A stretch of DNA of 56,985 bases, filler included, from Basidiobolus meristosporus CBS 931.73 (lineage: Eukaryota > Fungi > Basidiobolomycota), in assembly GCA_002104905.1 (NCBI GenBank). It is 3 parts of 3 records of this genome, joined end to end, with 100 filler letters (N's around TTAATTAATTAA, not from the genome) between each part and the next. Parts side by side here need not be neighbours in the genome. Positions count along the whole stretch, not along the records: positions 1 to 24,646 come from MCFE01000944.1; 2 more parts are not named here. One strand, written 5' to 3'. The translations under genes and the position numbers were made by a program. Every line of letters begins with the position of its first letter. The first letter of the stretch is position 1. Positions 11,613-24,746 of the stretch are shown one piece after another. The notes beneath the pieces were generated by a model. It worked only from the letters and a program-made list of their open reading frames with translations. It did no database searches and was not told where the DNA came from.

Positions 11613-14600
11613 GAAACATCCCTCCTGAAGAAAGAAGAGGCCTCCCTCAACAATTGTCATTTTACTCAGTTTATGGATGTGAACCAAGGATTCCAGGAGA
11701 TCTCACACAACCAAAGATTACAGACACCTTACCTGATGAGCTCAGTCAGCCAAGTATACACCAGCAACTGGAACAAAGACATCAAGAGTCACAGACCAAA
11801 GTATCTCAAAGTGCAGAAAAGATGAAGCAGGGACTTGATAAGACTTTAGCACCAGAAGAATTGACAGTCGGGAACTTTGTATTGCTAAGATACAACACTT
11901 GGAAGAAGCTTGAGCCACAATGGACAGGACCACTCAAGATCATTAGAGAATGTCCATTTACAACTTACCAACTAGTGGACAAACAAGGCAATATCTGGGA
12001 AGACTTAGTTGATAGGAACAGACTTAAGCTTGCAAGACATGCTGATAATACTGAACTATCAAGATATTGTATTGCAAGAAAAGAGATTCAGGAGAACCCT
12101 CTCAACTTTAGTAAGTGAGAATGTATGATCTACTGCTTGAATATTTAAGTTAGATCAGTTTTTAGTCAAATCAATTAGTTATATGTATAGGTCATCAGTA
12201 TATCAGTATTATCTATCAAATCAGTAGTATTACTCAGCAAATGAATCAGCATATCTTTATCAGACAGAAATAGATATATTAGGTAGGATCTTATTGAGTG
12301 ATGATGATGCAATCCAGTGTGTCATCAGCCACAGCCTACCTTGGGAAATACAATTAGTCAGCAATTGATCTGGCAAAATGTATATAAGGAGCTGCTGGAA
12401 TCACAATAAAGATCAGTTCAAGTTTTAGCAAATACAATACTAGCTAAACTCCCTATTCCTTGGCAACTCTTTTACCCAGACTTGTAACAACAAATATAAT
12501 TAAAGTTGTATTGCATTAGCTAGGAATTCTACTAATTATGCCAGAACTAAGCACATAGATATACAACACCACTTTGTGAGGGAAGCTGTAAAAATAACTT
12601 GGTAGAGTTAGCTTACTGTCCAACTGACAAAATGGTGGCAGATATACTGATAAAACCACTGGTTAGATCACAATTTGAGAATCTCACAGAGGAATTAAGA
12701 TTGAGAGATTATTTAGTTAATGGGGAGCTTGAAATATTGAACTATTTGGTATCATTTGGCATCTAAAAATTTACTTAACAATTCTAGCCTAGTCTTGGTC
12801 ACTTTAGGACTTGTTGATGGCTCCAACTTTGCCAGATTCTTCATATCTATGATCCTATGATTATTACCCTATAGTGAAGATCAAATTAACACTTTTTGCC
12901 AATCATTATGTAGTAACCCTGAGATTGTTTCAGAATGCTCCTGAATATTGAGAAACCCCCCTTTCTTAGTGTTACAGCTGTATTACTTCTACAAAGGTAT
13001 AAATACTGATCCACTTTGTGAATGAACAATAGTTCAACTATTATCACTATATCTTGATAAGTTCCTTATATTCAAATCACTTCTTAAATTGCAACAGCAT
13101 ATTCCAAGCATGATATACATCCAACTGCCAACTACTATTTGATAAGGAAAGTCAGGGCTCTCAGATGGCACTAAGCTCTCTTGAATTGGTCAGGCTTTCA
13201 CCTAGCTAAGGTTGGTCTCCATTGGCATAGCTACCTGCTTACAGTCTTCCATTTGGTACTTATATAGTATATCTTGAGTTTACTTAGATTGGCTTGGGGT
13301 GGTAGTCTAGCTACTTCCATTTTTGGACAACTTTGTTCTTAAGTAGTAACTGAGTTCTCCCAGATTGGACTTTTTGAACTCATCAGACAGGCTGGATTTA
13401 GTTTCTTCCAATGTTTCTATGCTATTGGCGGCTACAATAAGATCCTCCACTTATAGAGCTAACAGAACTAGATTTGCTTTATCTGGCTTATAGCTTGCAC
13501 TGTACTTAGCATTACTTCTTCTAAAACTCAAAGGTTTGAAATAAGAATCTATCTTGCAATTCCATGTTCTTAGTGATTGTTTGAGATCATATAAAGGTTT
13601 TTTTTGAGCTTGTAGACCAAATGGGGGTTATATTGGTTAACAAACCCATTGGGCTGTTCCATATACATGTTCTCATCAAGTTCTCCACTCAGAAATGCAG
13701 CTTTTACATCCATTTGATGAATAAAAATTATGTATTTTGCTGCAATAGCCAATTTTAATCTGATGGAATTAAATCTGGCTACTAGCACAAAGGTTTCTGT
13801 ATAGTCAAGTCCTTTTGTTTCAGAGTATCATTTGGTCACAAGTCTTGCTTTGTATCTTTCAACTGTACTATCAGCCTTGTACTTTATCTCAAAGACCCAT
13901 CCACATCCAATTGATTTTTGGTTAATTGGTAATTTGACTAAGTTTCAAGTATATTTTCTATCTGGGCTTCATCAATATGGACTGAATAGGCATAGGCTGA
14001 GTTTGTACTCTCATTAATATAGTAACATGAGCTATTTCCTGTCCGGTTGGATCTTCTGGCATCTGATACTGGGATGATGATATCTGGGATATTCCTGGGC
14101 ACTGCATCAGGCTGAGCCACAGTTGTAGAGTTCTTGGGAGTAAAGTGGTTGTCATTGTATTGATCCAATGCAATCCTGACTATTGGTTGATTTGAGATTA
14201 GAATATTGTCATCATGTGATATTGTTTTGTGAATATTTTGAATTTTCACCAAACAGCACATCCCTGGACTTGGTAAGCCACTTTGCTTTGGTATTGTAGA
14301 GTCTGTTTGCTTTATTCTCAATGCTATAGCCCAAAAATATGCATTTTATAAGTCTTGCCTCAAATTTTGACCAATTTTCCAGCAGTCTCTTGGCATGTGC
14401 TGTAAACCCAAGTGTTCTTAGGTGTTCTACACAAGTAAAGTCACTAGGTATTGTGCTACAGCTCCTATTTCTAAGATATACAGCTTTGACCACTGATTCT
14501 GCCCAGAAATCATAGGATAATTTTTGATCATGAGTCATAGATCTTGCCATATCAGTTATGGAGCTGTTTGCACATTCTGCAACTGCATTTTGCTGCAGGA

Positions 14601-15233
14601 GTATGGTACAGTAGTCTCTTTCTTTATCCTATAAATTTTGTAGTAGTGGATGAACAGCTTTGAGGTTTATTCTGCACCCTTATCTGAGTGTATTTTCTTG
14701 ATTTCTTTGCCAGTTTCTCTTCCCACCATGGCTTTAAACTCCCCAAGCTCAGACAGAGCTGCAGTGGCCTTTCTTACAGATAGTAGGTTCTTAGCTATTT
14801 CTGGTATATATGGTACTTCTTTAAAGGTCAGTGTAGGGCTTCCTTCACTGCTTCTGAGGTTTACTTTGATAGTTACTTCTCCCACTGCATCAAGTGTTAT
14901 ATTGTTGCCCATGAAAACCTTCCCAATTGAAATTTCTTGATATTGGATAAAAAGTTCTTTTTGGTGTATAAAGTGTTGCAATGCTCCAGAATCAAAATAC
15001 CATGTGTGATAATATTTGTATGTAGTCATATTTAGTGCAGATATGAATAGACTATCTTCAGTTGTTGTATCATTTGCATATTCAGTCATCTTTTCCTGAT
15101 TATCTCTCTTTATGAGACATTGGTCTGATGTGTGTCCTTTCCTTTTACAGTAGTTGCAAGACAGGTTGCTGTTGCCTTTATAGGGTCTTGGATATCTCAT
15201 TTGTTGGTCATCATTGCTTATTAAAGTACTCTG

Positions 15234-18200
15234 TGTTGCAATTTAAGAAGTGATTAGGATATAAGGAACTTATCAAGAAATAGTGATAATAGTTGAACTG
15301 TTGTTTATTCATAAAGAAGCTCAGTATTTATACCTTTGTAGAAGTAATACAGCTGCAACACTAAGTAGGGAGGGTTTCTCAATATTTAGGAGCATTCTGT
15401 AACAGTTTCAGGGTTAGTACATAATGTTTGGTAATAGTGCTAATTTGATCCTGACTTTAGCGGAATAATCATAAGATCATAAATCTGGAGAAAGTGGCAA
15501 AGTAAAGGCAGTATATGAGTCCTACAGTGACTAAGACTAGTCTAGAATTGCTGAGTAAATTTTTAGCTGCTGAATGATACCAAATAGCCCAATATTTCAA
15601 CACTCCCCCTCAACTAAATAATTTCTTAATCCCAATTTCTCTCTAAGGATCTCAAACTGTTGCCTAGCTAGTGGTTTTGTCAATATGTCTGCCACCATTT
15701 TGTCAGTTGGGCAGTAAAATAACTCCACTAAGCTATTTTCTACAGCTTCCCTCACAAATTGATGCTGTATATCAATGTGCTTAGTTCTGGCATGATTAGT
15801 ATGATTTCTAGCTAATGAAATACAACTTTGATTATCCTTGTAAATACATGTTGGTTCACCTGAATTAAAATCTAAGTCTTTGAATAATTTTTGTAGCCAT
15901 ATAGCCTCCTTAGTTGCTTGACATGCAGCCATGTATTTGGCTTCAGTTGTAGATAGTGCCACAGTTGGTTGTTTCTTGCAATTCCAAGTAATAGCTGCAT
16001 CAGTGTAAAGAAATACATAGCCTGTGGTAGAGCATCTGTCAATCAGATCCCTACCCTAATCTGAATCACTATACTCATCAAATTTCTGCCTATTGGCTGC
16101 TCCAGAGTATTCCAGTACCATATTTATGTTATCTTGTAAATATCTGAAAATCCGCTTGACTGCTGCAATTTGATCTGATCCATAATTCCGCATGAATTGA
16201 CTGACTATTCCTACAGCCACTGCAATATCTGGATGTGTAGACACCATCAAGTACATTAGGCTACCAACCATTGATTGATTGGGAAAATTTTGGTCCATAT
16301 TTTAGCCGTTTTCATCTATAACTGGCTCATATTTGCTTAATTTCAGGTTATTGTCCATAGGGGTTGCTGCAGGTTTGCAATCTTCCATTTTGAAGCGTCT
16401 AAGAATGTCCCTGATGTACTTAGACTGATTCAGCACAGTTTTCTGCATAGGTATGTCAAATTTGACCTCAATTCCAAGAAAATAGCTCAATTTTCCAAAA
16501 TCTTTCATCTCAAACTTGCTGAAGTGATCTGATTTTGTCTGTTTAAGTGCCTCTTGATCACTTGTAGCTATAATTAGGTTGTCCACATAAAGAACTAGGA
16601 TGATCCCACCCTTTTTGAGCTGTTTCACATATATACTGTGATCTGCAGTGCTACAAGAGAACCCAATTTCCTCTAGATATGTGTCAAGCTTGTTATACCA
16701 AGCTCTGGGTGCCTGTTTAAGCCCATACAGCAATTTTCTAAGCTTGCACACCTTATGGGGGCCTCTTGGACTGGTAAAGCCTTCTGGTTGCTCCATATAT
16801 ATAGTTTCTTGCAAATCCCCATTTAGAAAGGCTGTTTTGACGTCCATTTGGTGTAGATCTAGACTGTGTACAGCTGCCAGGGCTAGAACTCTCCTAATAG
16901 AGTTAAACTTGGCAACTGGAGCAAATGTTTCCTTAAAGTCTAGTCCCTGGATCTGGGAATAGCCTTTAGCTACCAATCTAGCCTTGTACTTATCAACGGC
17001 ACCATTTGAGGTTATCTTGATCTTGTAGACCCAACTACATCCAATTGGCTTTCTCCCATTTGGTAAATCTACCAGTTCCCACATTTTTGCTTTGATCAGT
17101 GATTGGTACTTCTCCTGCATGGCTTGTTGCCACTTAGTAGCATCTGGACTTTGCATTGCCTGTTCCAGATTTTGAGGTTTGGCACATAAGGAAAGATAAG
17201 CTTCTTCATGATCATTGGATGTCTGCCACCAGGATCCAGGGGCATTTCTTATTTTAGTAGATCTCCTAACTGAGATAATCTGTTCTGATCTGGAACTGGT
17301 AGAAGTATCTTCCATATCTGGCTGGAATTGGTACGTATCTTCTTCATTAGTGTTGATTGCATCATCAGGCAGCTGACCAATAATTTCTGTGGCTTTCTGA
17401 TCTGAATTCTCCTCAAATACAACGTCCCTGCTCTTGATCAGCTTCTGAATTTTGTTATCATACACTCTATACCCTTTAGTATCTTCACAATACCCAAGAA
17501 AGATCCCTTTTCTACTCTTTGGTTCCAACTTTGAGCGTTTTTTGTCAGGGATGTGATAAAAAACATCACTGCCAAAGATCCTGAGGTGCTGGAGATCTGG
17601 TTTTTTGCCTGTATATGCTTCAAAGAGTGTGGAATCATGTGGTGCTGTTGTTGGGCATCTGTTCTTGATCTATACAGCAGTAGCAACAGATTCAGCCCAA
17701 AACTTGTAGTCCATTCCCTTATCATGTAGCATAGATCTTCCCATCTCTACTATTGTTCTATTTGCACATTCTGCTACTCCATTTTGCTGTGGAGTATGAG
17801 GAGCTGTGGTCTGTTGAAGTATACCAGTAGACAAGCAGTATTTTGCAAACTCCTTTGAGCAGTATTCTCCTCCATTGTCACATTGTAGTACCTTCAATTT
17901 ACACCCAGTTTGTGTTTCTGCCATGTTCTTGAAGTGCTTAAACATCTCTAAAGCTTCATCCTTTATTTTGAGGAAGTACACCCATGTATATCTTGTCTTG
18001 CCATCAATAAACGTTGTAGAGTATCTCTTGGCTCCAAAGGACAGTGTTCTCATGGGGCCACATGTGTCTGAGTGTACAATAGCCAATATTTTGATGGTAT
18101 TCATGCCTTCTGAGCTCTTGAAACGTTGCCTAGCTTGTTTGCCATATGAACATCCCTTACAAACATTCAATTTGATTGGAATTGAGTATTTTAGGCCCAA

Positions 18201-19918
18201 AACAAGCTGATTTTTCACCAATTGGCTCATTTTCTGATCCCCAATGTGTCCTAGCCTCCTATGCCACGTCTACCAGTTGGTTTCATCAGTTTCAGCAATG
18301 TTGACATACTCAGGTACAATAATCTTGCATTATAACTTGTATATATTGTGATCCCTGATTCCCAAAGCTAATTTTTGTCTATTTTCACTCAATATTAAGC
18401 AGCTCAGCTTAGTAAAGACAAATTTCAGTCCCTGAGTAGCTGCTTTACTGGCTGAGAGTAGGTTCTTAGCTATTCCAGGTACATAGAGTACAACAGTCAG
18501 TTTTGCTGTTGTTGCCCCTGAGTTATCACTCATATTTAGTTGTATAGACCCACTGGCAGTAGCTTCCAATGCAGAGTTATCTCCCAGATAAACCTTTCTT
18601 ACAGGAATAGTCTTTAAGTTGCTCAACCAATCTTTTATACCACAAATATGCTGTGATGCTCCAGAGTCAATATACCATTCATTACTTTGGTTACTTGCAC
18701 TCTCTTGTACAGTTACAAATAACTGTTCATCAGTAGTTATATGGTTTGCCTGCTGTAGTTTCTGTTTTTTGTCTGCTTGTTTCTTCCTGCATTCTCTTGC
18801 CCAGTGTCCTGACTTTTCACAGTAGTTACAGCAGCCAGGTTTTCTTTGGTTTTGTTGCTTTCCCTTCTTTTCTGTGTGCCTTTATGAACTGAATCAAGCA
18901 TTATCTTCAGTTTTCTCTGCTTGATTATTACGTCTGAGTTCTTCATGGAGAAGTCTTGCTTTGACATAGTCTAAAGTCAAGTTGTCTTCTCTGCTTTCAA
19001 AAGAAAGTATGAGTGGCTCATACTTGTCTGGTAGGCTGCAAAGCAGACAGAGTATCTTTTCTTCATCATCCACACCAGCATTAATACTGTAAAGTTCTTC
19101 TGCAAGTGTCTCCATTCTGGTAATGAGTTGTAGCATGTCATCATCTGGCTTCTTCCTCATTTTGAAGAACTTCCGTTTCAAATAAAGCTTGCTTGATACT
19201 GACTTTGCTCTAGAGTTCTTCTCTAAGGATTCCCATGCTGCTTTGGCAGTATTTGAGGCATGGATTTGTCCAATGAAGGAGTCTTGCACATAGATGCATA
19301 TGGCATTGAAGGCCTTTCCCTCCTTCTCTTGAAACTTCTCCACATCTTCTGCTGTTCCTTTGGGCTCAACTTCCTTTCCTGTTTCTATGTTCCAAAGCTT
19401 TCTTTCCTCAAGGTGGGTCTGCATCTTGATTCTCCAAAGTCTGTAGTTCTTCCCATCAGACCTCTCCTTTACAGGGAAGATGTTGGTATTGCTTTGTTTG
19501 CTGGAAGAAGTCATCTTTAGAATAGATTAAGGCAATTGGGCCTCATAACCTGTTGCAATTTAAGAAGTGATTTGGATATAAGGAACTTATCAAGAAATAG
19601 TGATAATAGTTGAACTGTTGTTTATTATAAAGAAGTTCAGTATTTATACCTTTGTAGAAGTAATACAGCTGTAACACTGAGTAGGGAGGGTTTCTCAATA
19701 TTTAGGAGCATTCTGTAACAGTTTCAGGGTTAGTACATAATGTTTGGTAATTGTGCTAATTTGATCCTGACTATAGGAGAATAATCATAAGATCATAAAT
19801 CTGGAGAAAGTGGCAAAGTTAAGGCAGTATATGAGTCCTACAGTGACTAAGACAAGTCTAGAATTGCTGAGTAAATTTTTAGCTGCTGAATGATACCAAA
19901 TAGTCCAATATTTCAACA
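15234..19918 (-). mobile_element. Full-length Ty1/Copia element, family B copy 2 (3' LTR 15234-15602; 5' LTR 19551-19918), frameshifted gag-pol 15597-19514
   Basis: LTR pair differs by ~11 substitutions and 1 indel by eye; PBS reverse at 19538-19550; PPT reverse at 15603-15611; degraded 5-bp TSD (CTCTG/CTTTC) whose length restores the Copia A gag; near-identical to B1. Confidence 0.96.
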
Positions 19919-19942
19919 CTTTCTTCTTCCTTCTTTTTGGTC

Positions 19943-20990
19943 TGTAGTGGGGTCACTGTGACAACTGCTGACAGATGTACTCATTCCCATGTTTTCTAGT
20001 TTCCTATTTTCTACTACCCTTATATTGGTTTTCCTCCATTTGTCTTACCTGATCAGTACTATCCCATAAGCTGGCGGACTATCACACCTACTTACCTTAT
20101 GACATAAGTTCTCCCTCACTCTATGTAAGATTACTTGATGTAAGTACTTCTATATTAGGCAGGTACCTGTGCCAGTACCTGTAGCATATGACCAAACTGA
20201 TTCACCATACATGGTATCCCTATGTTACACTGGTTGCAGAATACTGATCCCTGAATCATTGGGTTTGCTGTGCCTATTAGAACCTTCCAGCAACTACTTA
20301 GAACATTCTTAGCTCATTCTGATGTCATTAAGATTTCTACTTGACCACCAGAACCTTCTGGAGCACCATGATTAGTAATAACTTAGCCAGTGAGAAAAGC
20401 AAATAAGTGTGCATTCCCTCAACAATAAATATCATCCCTTCTATCAATATACCAACTTGTTCATCAGTATAATCACTGCTACCTACTGCTACCTGAACTT
20501 CCAGTCACAGACCACAGGACACTTCCAGGAAACTGCACTGACAGCCAACTGACCTTGGAGGCACCACTTGTGAGGAATACTCAGAGTAGGTATCTTTTGT
20601 TATATTTGATTCTTTCCCAAATCTGTTCTTGTACAGGCAAAGATACCTTTCTGTCTTTGTAACTATTGAACACAGCTGCATTTATATCAAGTCCCTGCTG
20701 GTGGAGTTAACAGTTGTTTTGACCTTGGAAGTTTTAGTATATTGCCATCTCAAACAGCACTGAACCCATCACATACTTTGGTTAAGAAGCCAACTAATTT
20801 GTGGATTGTAAATCTATAGTTTTCCCTTGACAAGCTTGGGGCTTCATTCCCTATCACATTAGATTAGAGACAGTACCCAAGTATTCCTATCAAGTTTTAA
20901 CAGAGGTTATTGCACCCAGTGAACACCCCTCATAGATAAAACTTGAGATGTGTTGGATGCATCTCTCCCTTGGACCTATACACCACCACA
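19943..20990. mobile_element. Orphan ~1.05-kb TG...CA insertion (probable solo LTR of a family otherwise absent here)
   Basis: Interrupts the Copia A2 gag; ends TGTAGTGG...CCACCACA (7/8 inverted match); no ORF of 60 aa or more; TSD degraded. Confidence 0.65.
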
Positions 20991-21678
20991 GCACTTGATT
21001 TTCTTCTTCTTTATGAGGTGCTTTCCATATACATAATCTAAGGTCAAATACTCAGTTCTGAGCTCTGGGGCTGATACAAGGCCCTGAAACATATCTGTCA
21101 GGCTATTCTGGATGGTGACTATCACATCCTCATCAGTGGTTTGTATGTGCACAGATTCCATCCCATCAACAAGCAAGGCAATTGTGTTAGTTAGGTTTTT
21201 CATTTCAACTTGTGGCTGCATCTTTGTGGTAGAGTTTTTGTGTTAGCTACATTTTCTAAACAGCTGAACATGACTGATAGGTGTCTTCTAATACCTTTCA
21301 GGCATTCTTTGCCTTTTTTGCTCTTGAGCATTGAATTAGCAATTTGTCTTTAACATCAAGGTAAATACAGTTAAAGGCACTTTGTTCTTTCTTCTGGTAC
21401 TTGTAGGATTTCTCTCTCACATTTAAAGGAGGGCATTCTTCCCCCATGTCAATATCCCAAAGGCTGGTTTCTAGTTGCGTCATCTACATTTTCACCTCCT
21501 ACACTTGGTAGCTGGATCCATTTAGCTTTTCAGCAGAGAGATAAATTCCAGTAGTAGCAGTAGTGACATTGCCACAAGTGACAGCTTGTGTCTCATAACC
21601 TGCTATCAGAGTGTAGGTGATATTGGAAGTGATCAGTGGGGCAAGTAGATTATGTGGTTTTCACTTAATGATCTAATG

Positions 21679-22046
21679 TGTTATGATCTGCCGCTTGAAT
21701 GTCTAAGGTAGATCAGTTTATAGTCAGATCTATTAGTATATGTTTAGGTTATCAATATATCAGTATTATCTATGAAATCAGTAGTATTAGTCAGCAAATG
21801 AATCAGCAGATCCTTATCAGACAGAAATAGATATATTAAGTAGGATCTTATTGGGTGATGATGATGCAATCAAATGAGTCATCAGCCACAACCTACATTA
21901 GGAAATACAATTAGTCAGCAATTGACCTGGCAAAATGTATATAAGGAGCTGCTGAAACCTCAATAAAAATCAGTTCAAGTTTTAGTGAATACAATACTAT
22001 CTAAACTCCATATTTCTCTACAACTCTTATACCAAGACTTGTAACA
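21679..22046 (+). mobile_element. Solo LTR of Gypsy family C with 4-bp TSD AATG
   Basis: 368 bp TGTTATGATCTGCCG...CTTGTAACA; AATG at 21675-21678 and 22047-22050; the Copia A LTR continues on both sides. Confidence 0.95.
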
Positions 22047-22559
22047 AATGAAGGTGAAAGTAGTATTTACACTTTTACATAGTCTTGGCATAAAACACAC
22101 ATAGAATAGGCTCAGGAAGGTCCTAAGAGCATATGTGCAAACTTTGGGGCTGTTGGGATAACATTGAGAATTTTCTTGTACTGGGCACTTGGTATTTTGC
22201 TGAAAATATTCCGTGTAAGTCCCAACAAGAAATTTGGTCAATATTCTTTAGGATTTGAGGCTAATGATTTAAGCGACTAAGTAAGATCAATATTTAGGTG
22301 GAATTCTGATTTTTTACAACATATTAGACCTCACTGCTCACAATCCAGCTGGACCCAAGACTAGGTTTTTACCTGCATATGTTGAAATATTAGAGATATA
22401 TATATATTGGAAGTGAAATAGAAAATCAGAAGATTTTCATGATAGTCACTTGATGATATATTGGGTTGCAACACAGTATTTGCACTTATTGAAGAACTAC
22501 ATATATATAGTTATTTGTTGATTATTAGGGAAGTCTCAGGAGTACATGCATCATGTTTC

Positions 22560-24646
22560 TGTTGAAATATAGGACTATTTGGTGTCATTCAGCAGCTAAA
22601 ATTTACTTAACAATTCTGGACTAGTCTTGGTCCTGGTAGGACTAATTTACAGCCCTACCTTTGCCAGTTTCTTCAGATCTATGATTCTATGATTATTGCC
22701 CTATAGTTGAGATCAAATTAACACTTTTAGCCAAAATTATGTACTAACTCTGAAACTGCTACACAATGCTCCAGAATTTGGAGAAACCCTCCTTACTTAG
22801 CGTTACAGCTGTATACCTCTACAAAGGTACAAATACTGACCCTCCTTAGCAATATTCATTGATAAGTTCCTTATATCCAAATCACTTGTTAAATTGCAAC
22901 AGGTAATGAGCCCCAATTGCCATAATCTATCCAAAAGATGACTACAACCAGCAGACAGAATAATACAAGCATCTTCCCTGTAAAGGACAGGTTTAATGGG
23001 AAAAACTACAGACTTTGGAGAATCAAGATGCATATCCACCTGGTGGAACAAAAACTTTGGAATATAGTAACAGGAAAAGAGGTTGAGCCCAATGAAACAT
23101 CAAAAGATGTGGAGAAGTTTCAAATGAAGGAGAGAGAGGCCTTCAATGCTATATGTATCCATGTGGGGGATTCATTCATTGGACAAATCTATGCCTCTAA
23201 TACTGTCAAAGTAGCACGGGAATTCTTAGAGAAGATATTTAGAGCACAGTCAGTATCAAGCAAGCTCCATTCAGAACAAAAGCCCTCAACATGAGGAAGA
23301 AGCCAGATGATGACATGCTACCACTTATCATCAGTATGGAAGCACTTGCAGATGAACTTCCAGTATTAATGCTAGCATAGATGATGAAGAAAAGATACTA
23401 TGTCTGCTTTGCAGTCAACCAGACAGGTATGAGCCACCCATAAATTCTTTTAAAGGCAGAGAAGACAATATGACTTTGGACTATGTCAAAGGAAGACCTC
23501 TCCACACAGATCTCAGATATAGTGATCAAGCAGAGAGAATTGAAGCCAATGCTATATTCAGCTCAGAAATTCACACAGAAAAGAATGGAAAGTAACAAAA
23601 CCAAAGAAACCTGGTTGCTGTAACTACTGTAAGAAGCCAGGACACTGGGCAAGAGAATGCAAGAAGCAACAAGCAGACAAAAAACATAAACTGGAGCAGG
23701 TAATCTTTATAATTACTGATGAACAGTTATTGGTTACTGTACAAGAAAGTGCGAGTAACCAAACCAATGACTCCAGAATATCAAAGCATATTTGTGGTAT
23801 ATAGGAGTGGTTTGGCTACTCAAGACTATTCCCATAAGAAAGGGTATATAAGGGAGACAACTCTGCACTGGAAGCTACCTTTAGTGGGTCTATGCAACCA
23901 AGTATAAGTGATATCTCAGGGGCTGCAACAGAGAACTAACTAATGTACTCTATGCACCTGGAATGGCTAAAAACCTACTCTTCAGTCAGTAGAGTAATTG
24001 CTCAGGGACTGACCTATTTTTTGACTAAGCTGAACTACTCAATATTAAGTTAAAATGGACAAAGACTAGCTTTAGGAGTGAGGGATCATATTGTTTATAA
24101 GTCACAATGCAAGATCTTTGTACATAAGTATGTCTACATTGTTGAAACAAATGAAACTAACTAGGAGATATGGTATAGTAGGTTATGACACATTGGTGAA
24201 TAGAAGATGAGTAAACTGATGATAAATCAGCTTGTTTTAGGCCTGTATTACCCAATTCCAATCATATTCTCTGTCTGTAAGGGATGTTCATATGGCAAGC
24301 TAGCTAGGCAATATTTCAGGAGCTCAGGAAGGATCAATGCCACTAAAATACTAGCTATTGAATACTCAGACATATGGAGGTCCATGAGAACACCTTTGTT
24401 TGGAGCCAAGAGATACTTCACGGTGCTTACTGATGACAAGACAAGAGGTACATGGGTATACTTCCTTAAAACAAAAGATGAGGCTTGAGACACTTGAACA
24501 CTTCAAGGACATCGTAGAAACTTAAGCTGAGTGCAAATTGAATGTACTTCAATGTGACAATGGAGGGATATAGTTCTCAATGGAGTTTACAAAAAAACCT
24601 CATCCACTGGCATATTACAGTAGACTACTGTTCCACATACTTCACA
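22560..24646 (+). mobile_element. Copia B copy 3, degenerate 5' half (5' LTR 22560-22901, PBS at 22902, gag to integrase), cut by the assembly gap
   Basis: Family B LTR; GGTAATGAGCCC PBS; ORFs 22938-23294 and 24207-24488 homologous to B1. Confidence 0.92.
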
Positions 24647-24746
24647 NNNNNNNNNNNNNNNNNNNNNNNNNNNNNNNNNNNNNNNNNNNNTTAATTAATT
24701 AANNNNNNNNNNNNNNNNNNNNNNNNNNNNNNNNNNNNNNNNNNNN
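24647..24746. other. Artificial contig spacer (44 N + TTAATTAATTAA + 44 N)
   Basis: Exactly 100 bp; the central 12-mer puts stops in all six frames; identical to the spacer at 41547. Confidence 0.97.

Larger units (their letters stand above)
6534..12489 (+). mobile_element. Internally deleted Gypsy C element (LTRs 6534-6902 and 12122-12489; 4-bp TSD ACAA), itself interrupted by Copia B1
   Basis: LTRs homologous to 44454-44821; PBS remnant TTGATAGCAGCA at 6903; ACAA at 6530-6533 and 12490-12493; only an integrase C-terminal fragment remains (11651-12118). Confidence 0.92.
5967..13096 (+). mobile_element. Older Copia B 3' fragment (RT end/RNase H 5967-6533 and 12494-12727; 3' LTR ~12728-13096), split by a nested Gypsy C element
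   Basis: Homologous to 10436-11249. The reading ...CIYK / DNQSCI... resumes after 12493. PPT GGGGAG at 12722-12727 precedes a family B LTR ending ...AAATTGCAACA at 13096. Confidence 0.9.
13097..22321 (-). mobile_element. Copia A copy 2, 3'-truncated with internal deletions; 5' LTR 21601-22321; host to three nested insertions
   Basis: Minus-strand ORFs 13570-15200 and 20976-21483 are homologous to copy 1; PBS (reverse of TCTCATAACC) at 21591-21600; LTR homologous to 30210-30556. Confidence 0.9.

Noticed and set aside
22380-22473. 94-bp TGTTGAAATATT...TTGCAACA segment with Copia B-like termini
   Set aside because: The interior is unrelated to the B LTR and the flanks (GCATA/CAGTA) do not form a TSD; chance or an unrelated decayed LTR.
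24691-24702. TTAATTAATTAA palindrome (also 41591-41602)
   Set aside because: Centred in N runs; a six-frame stop linker added during assembly, not biological.
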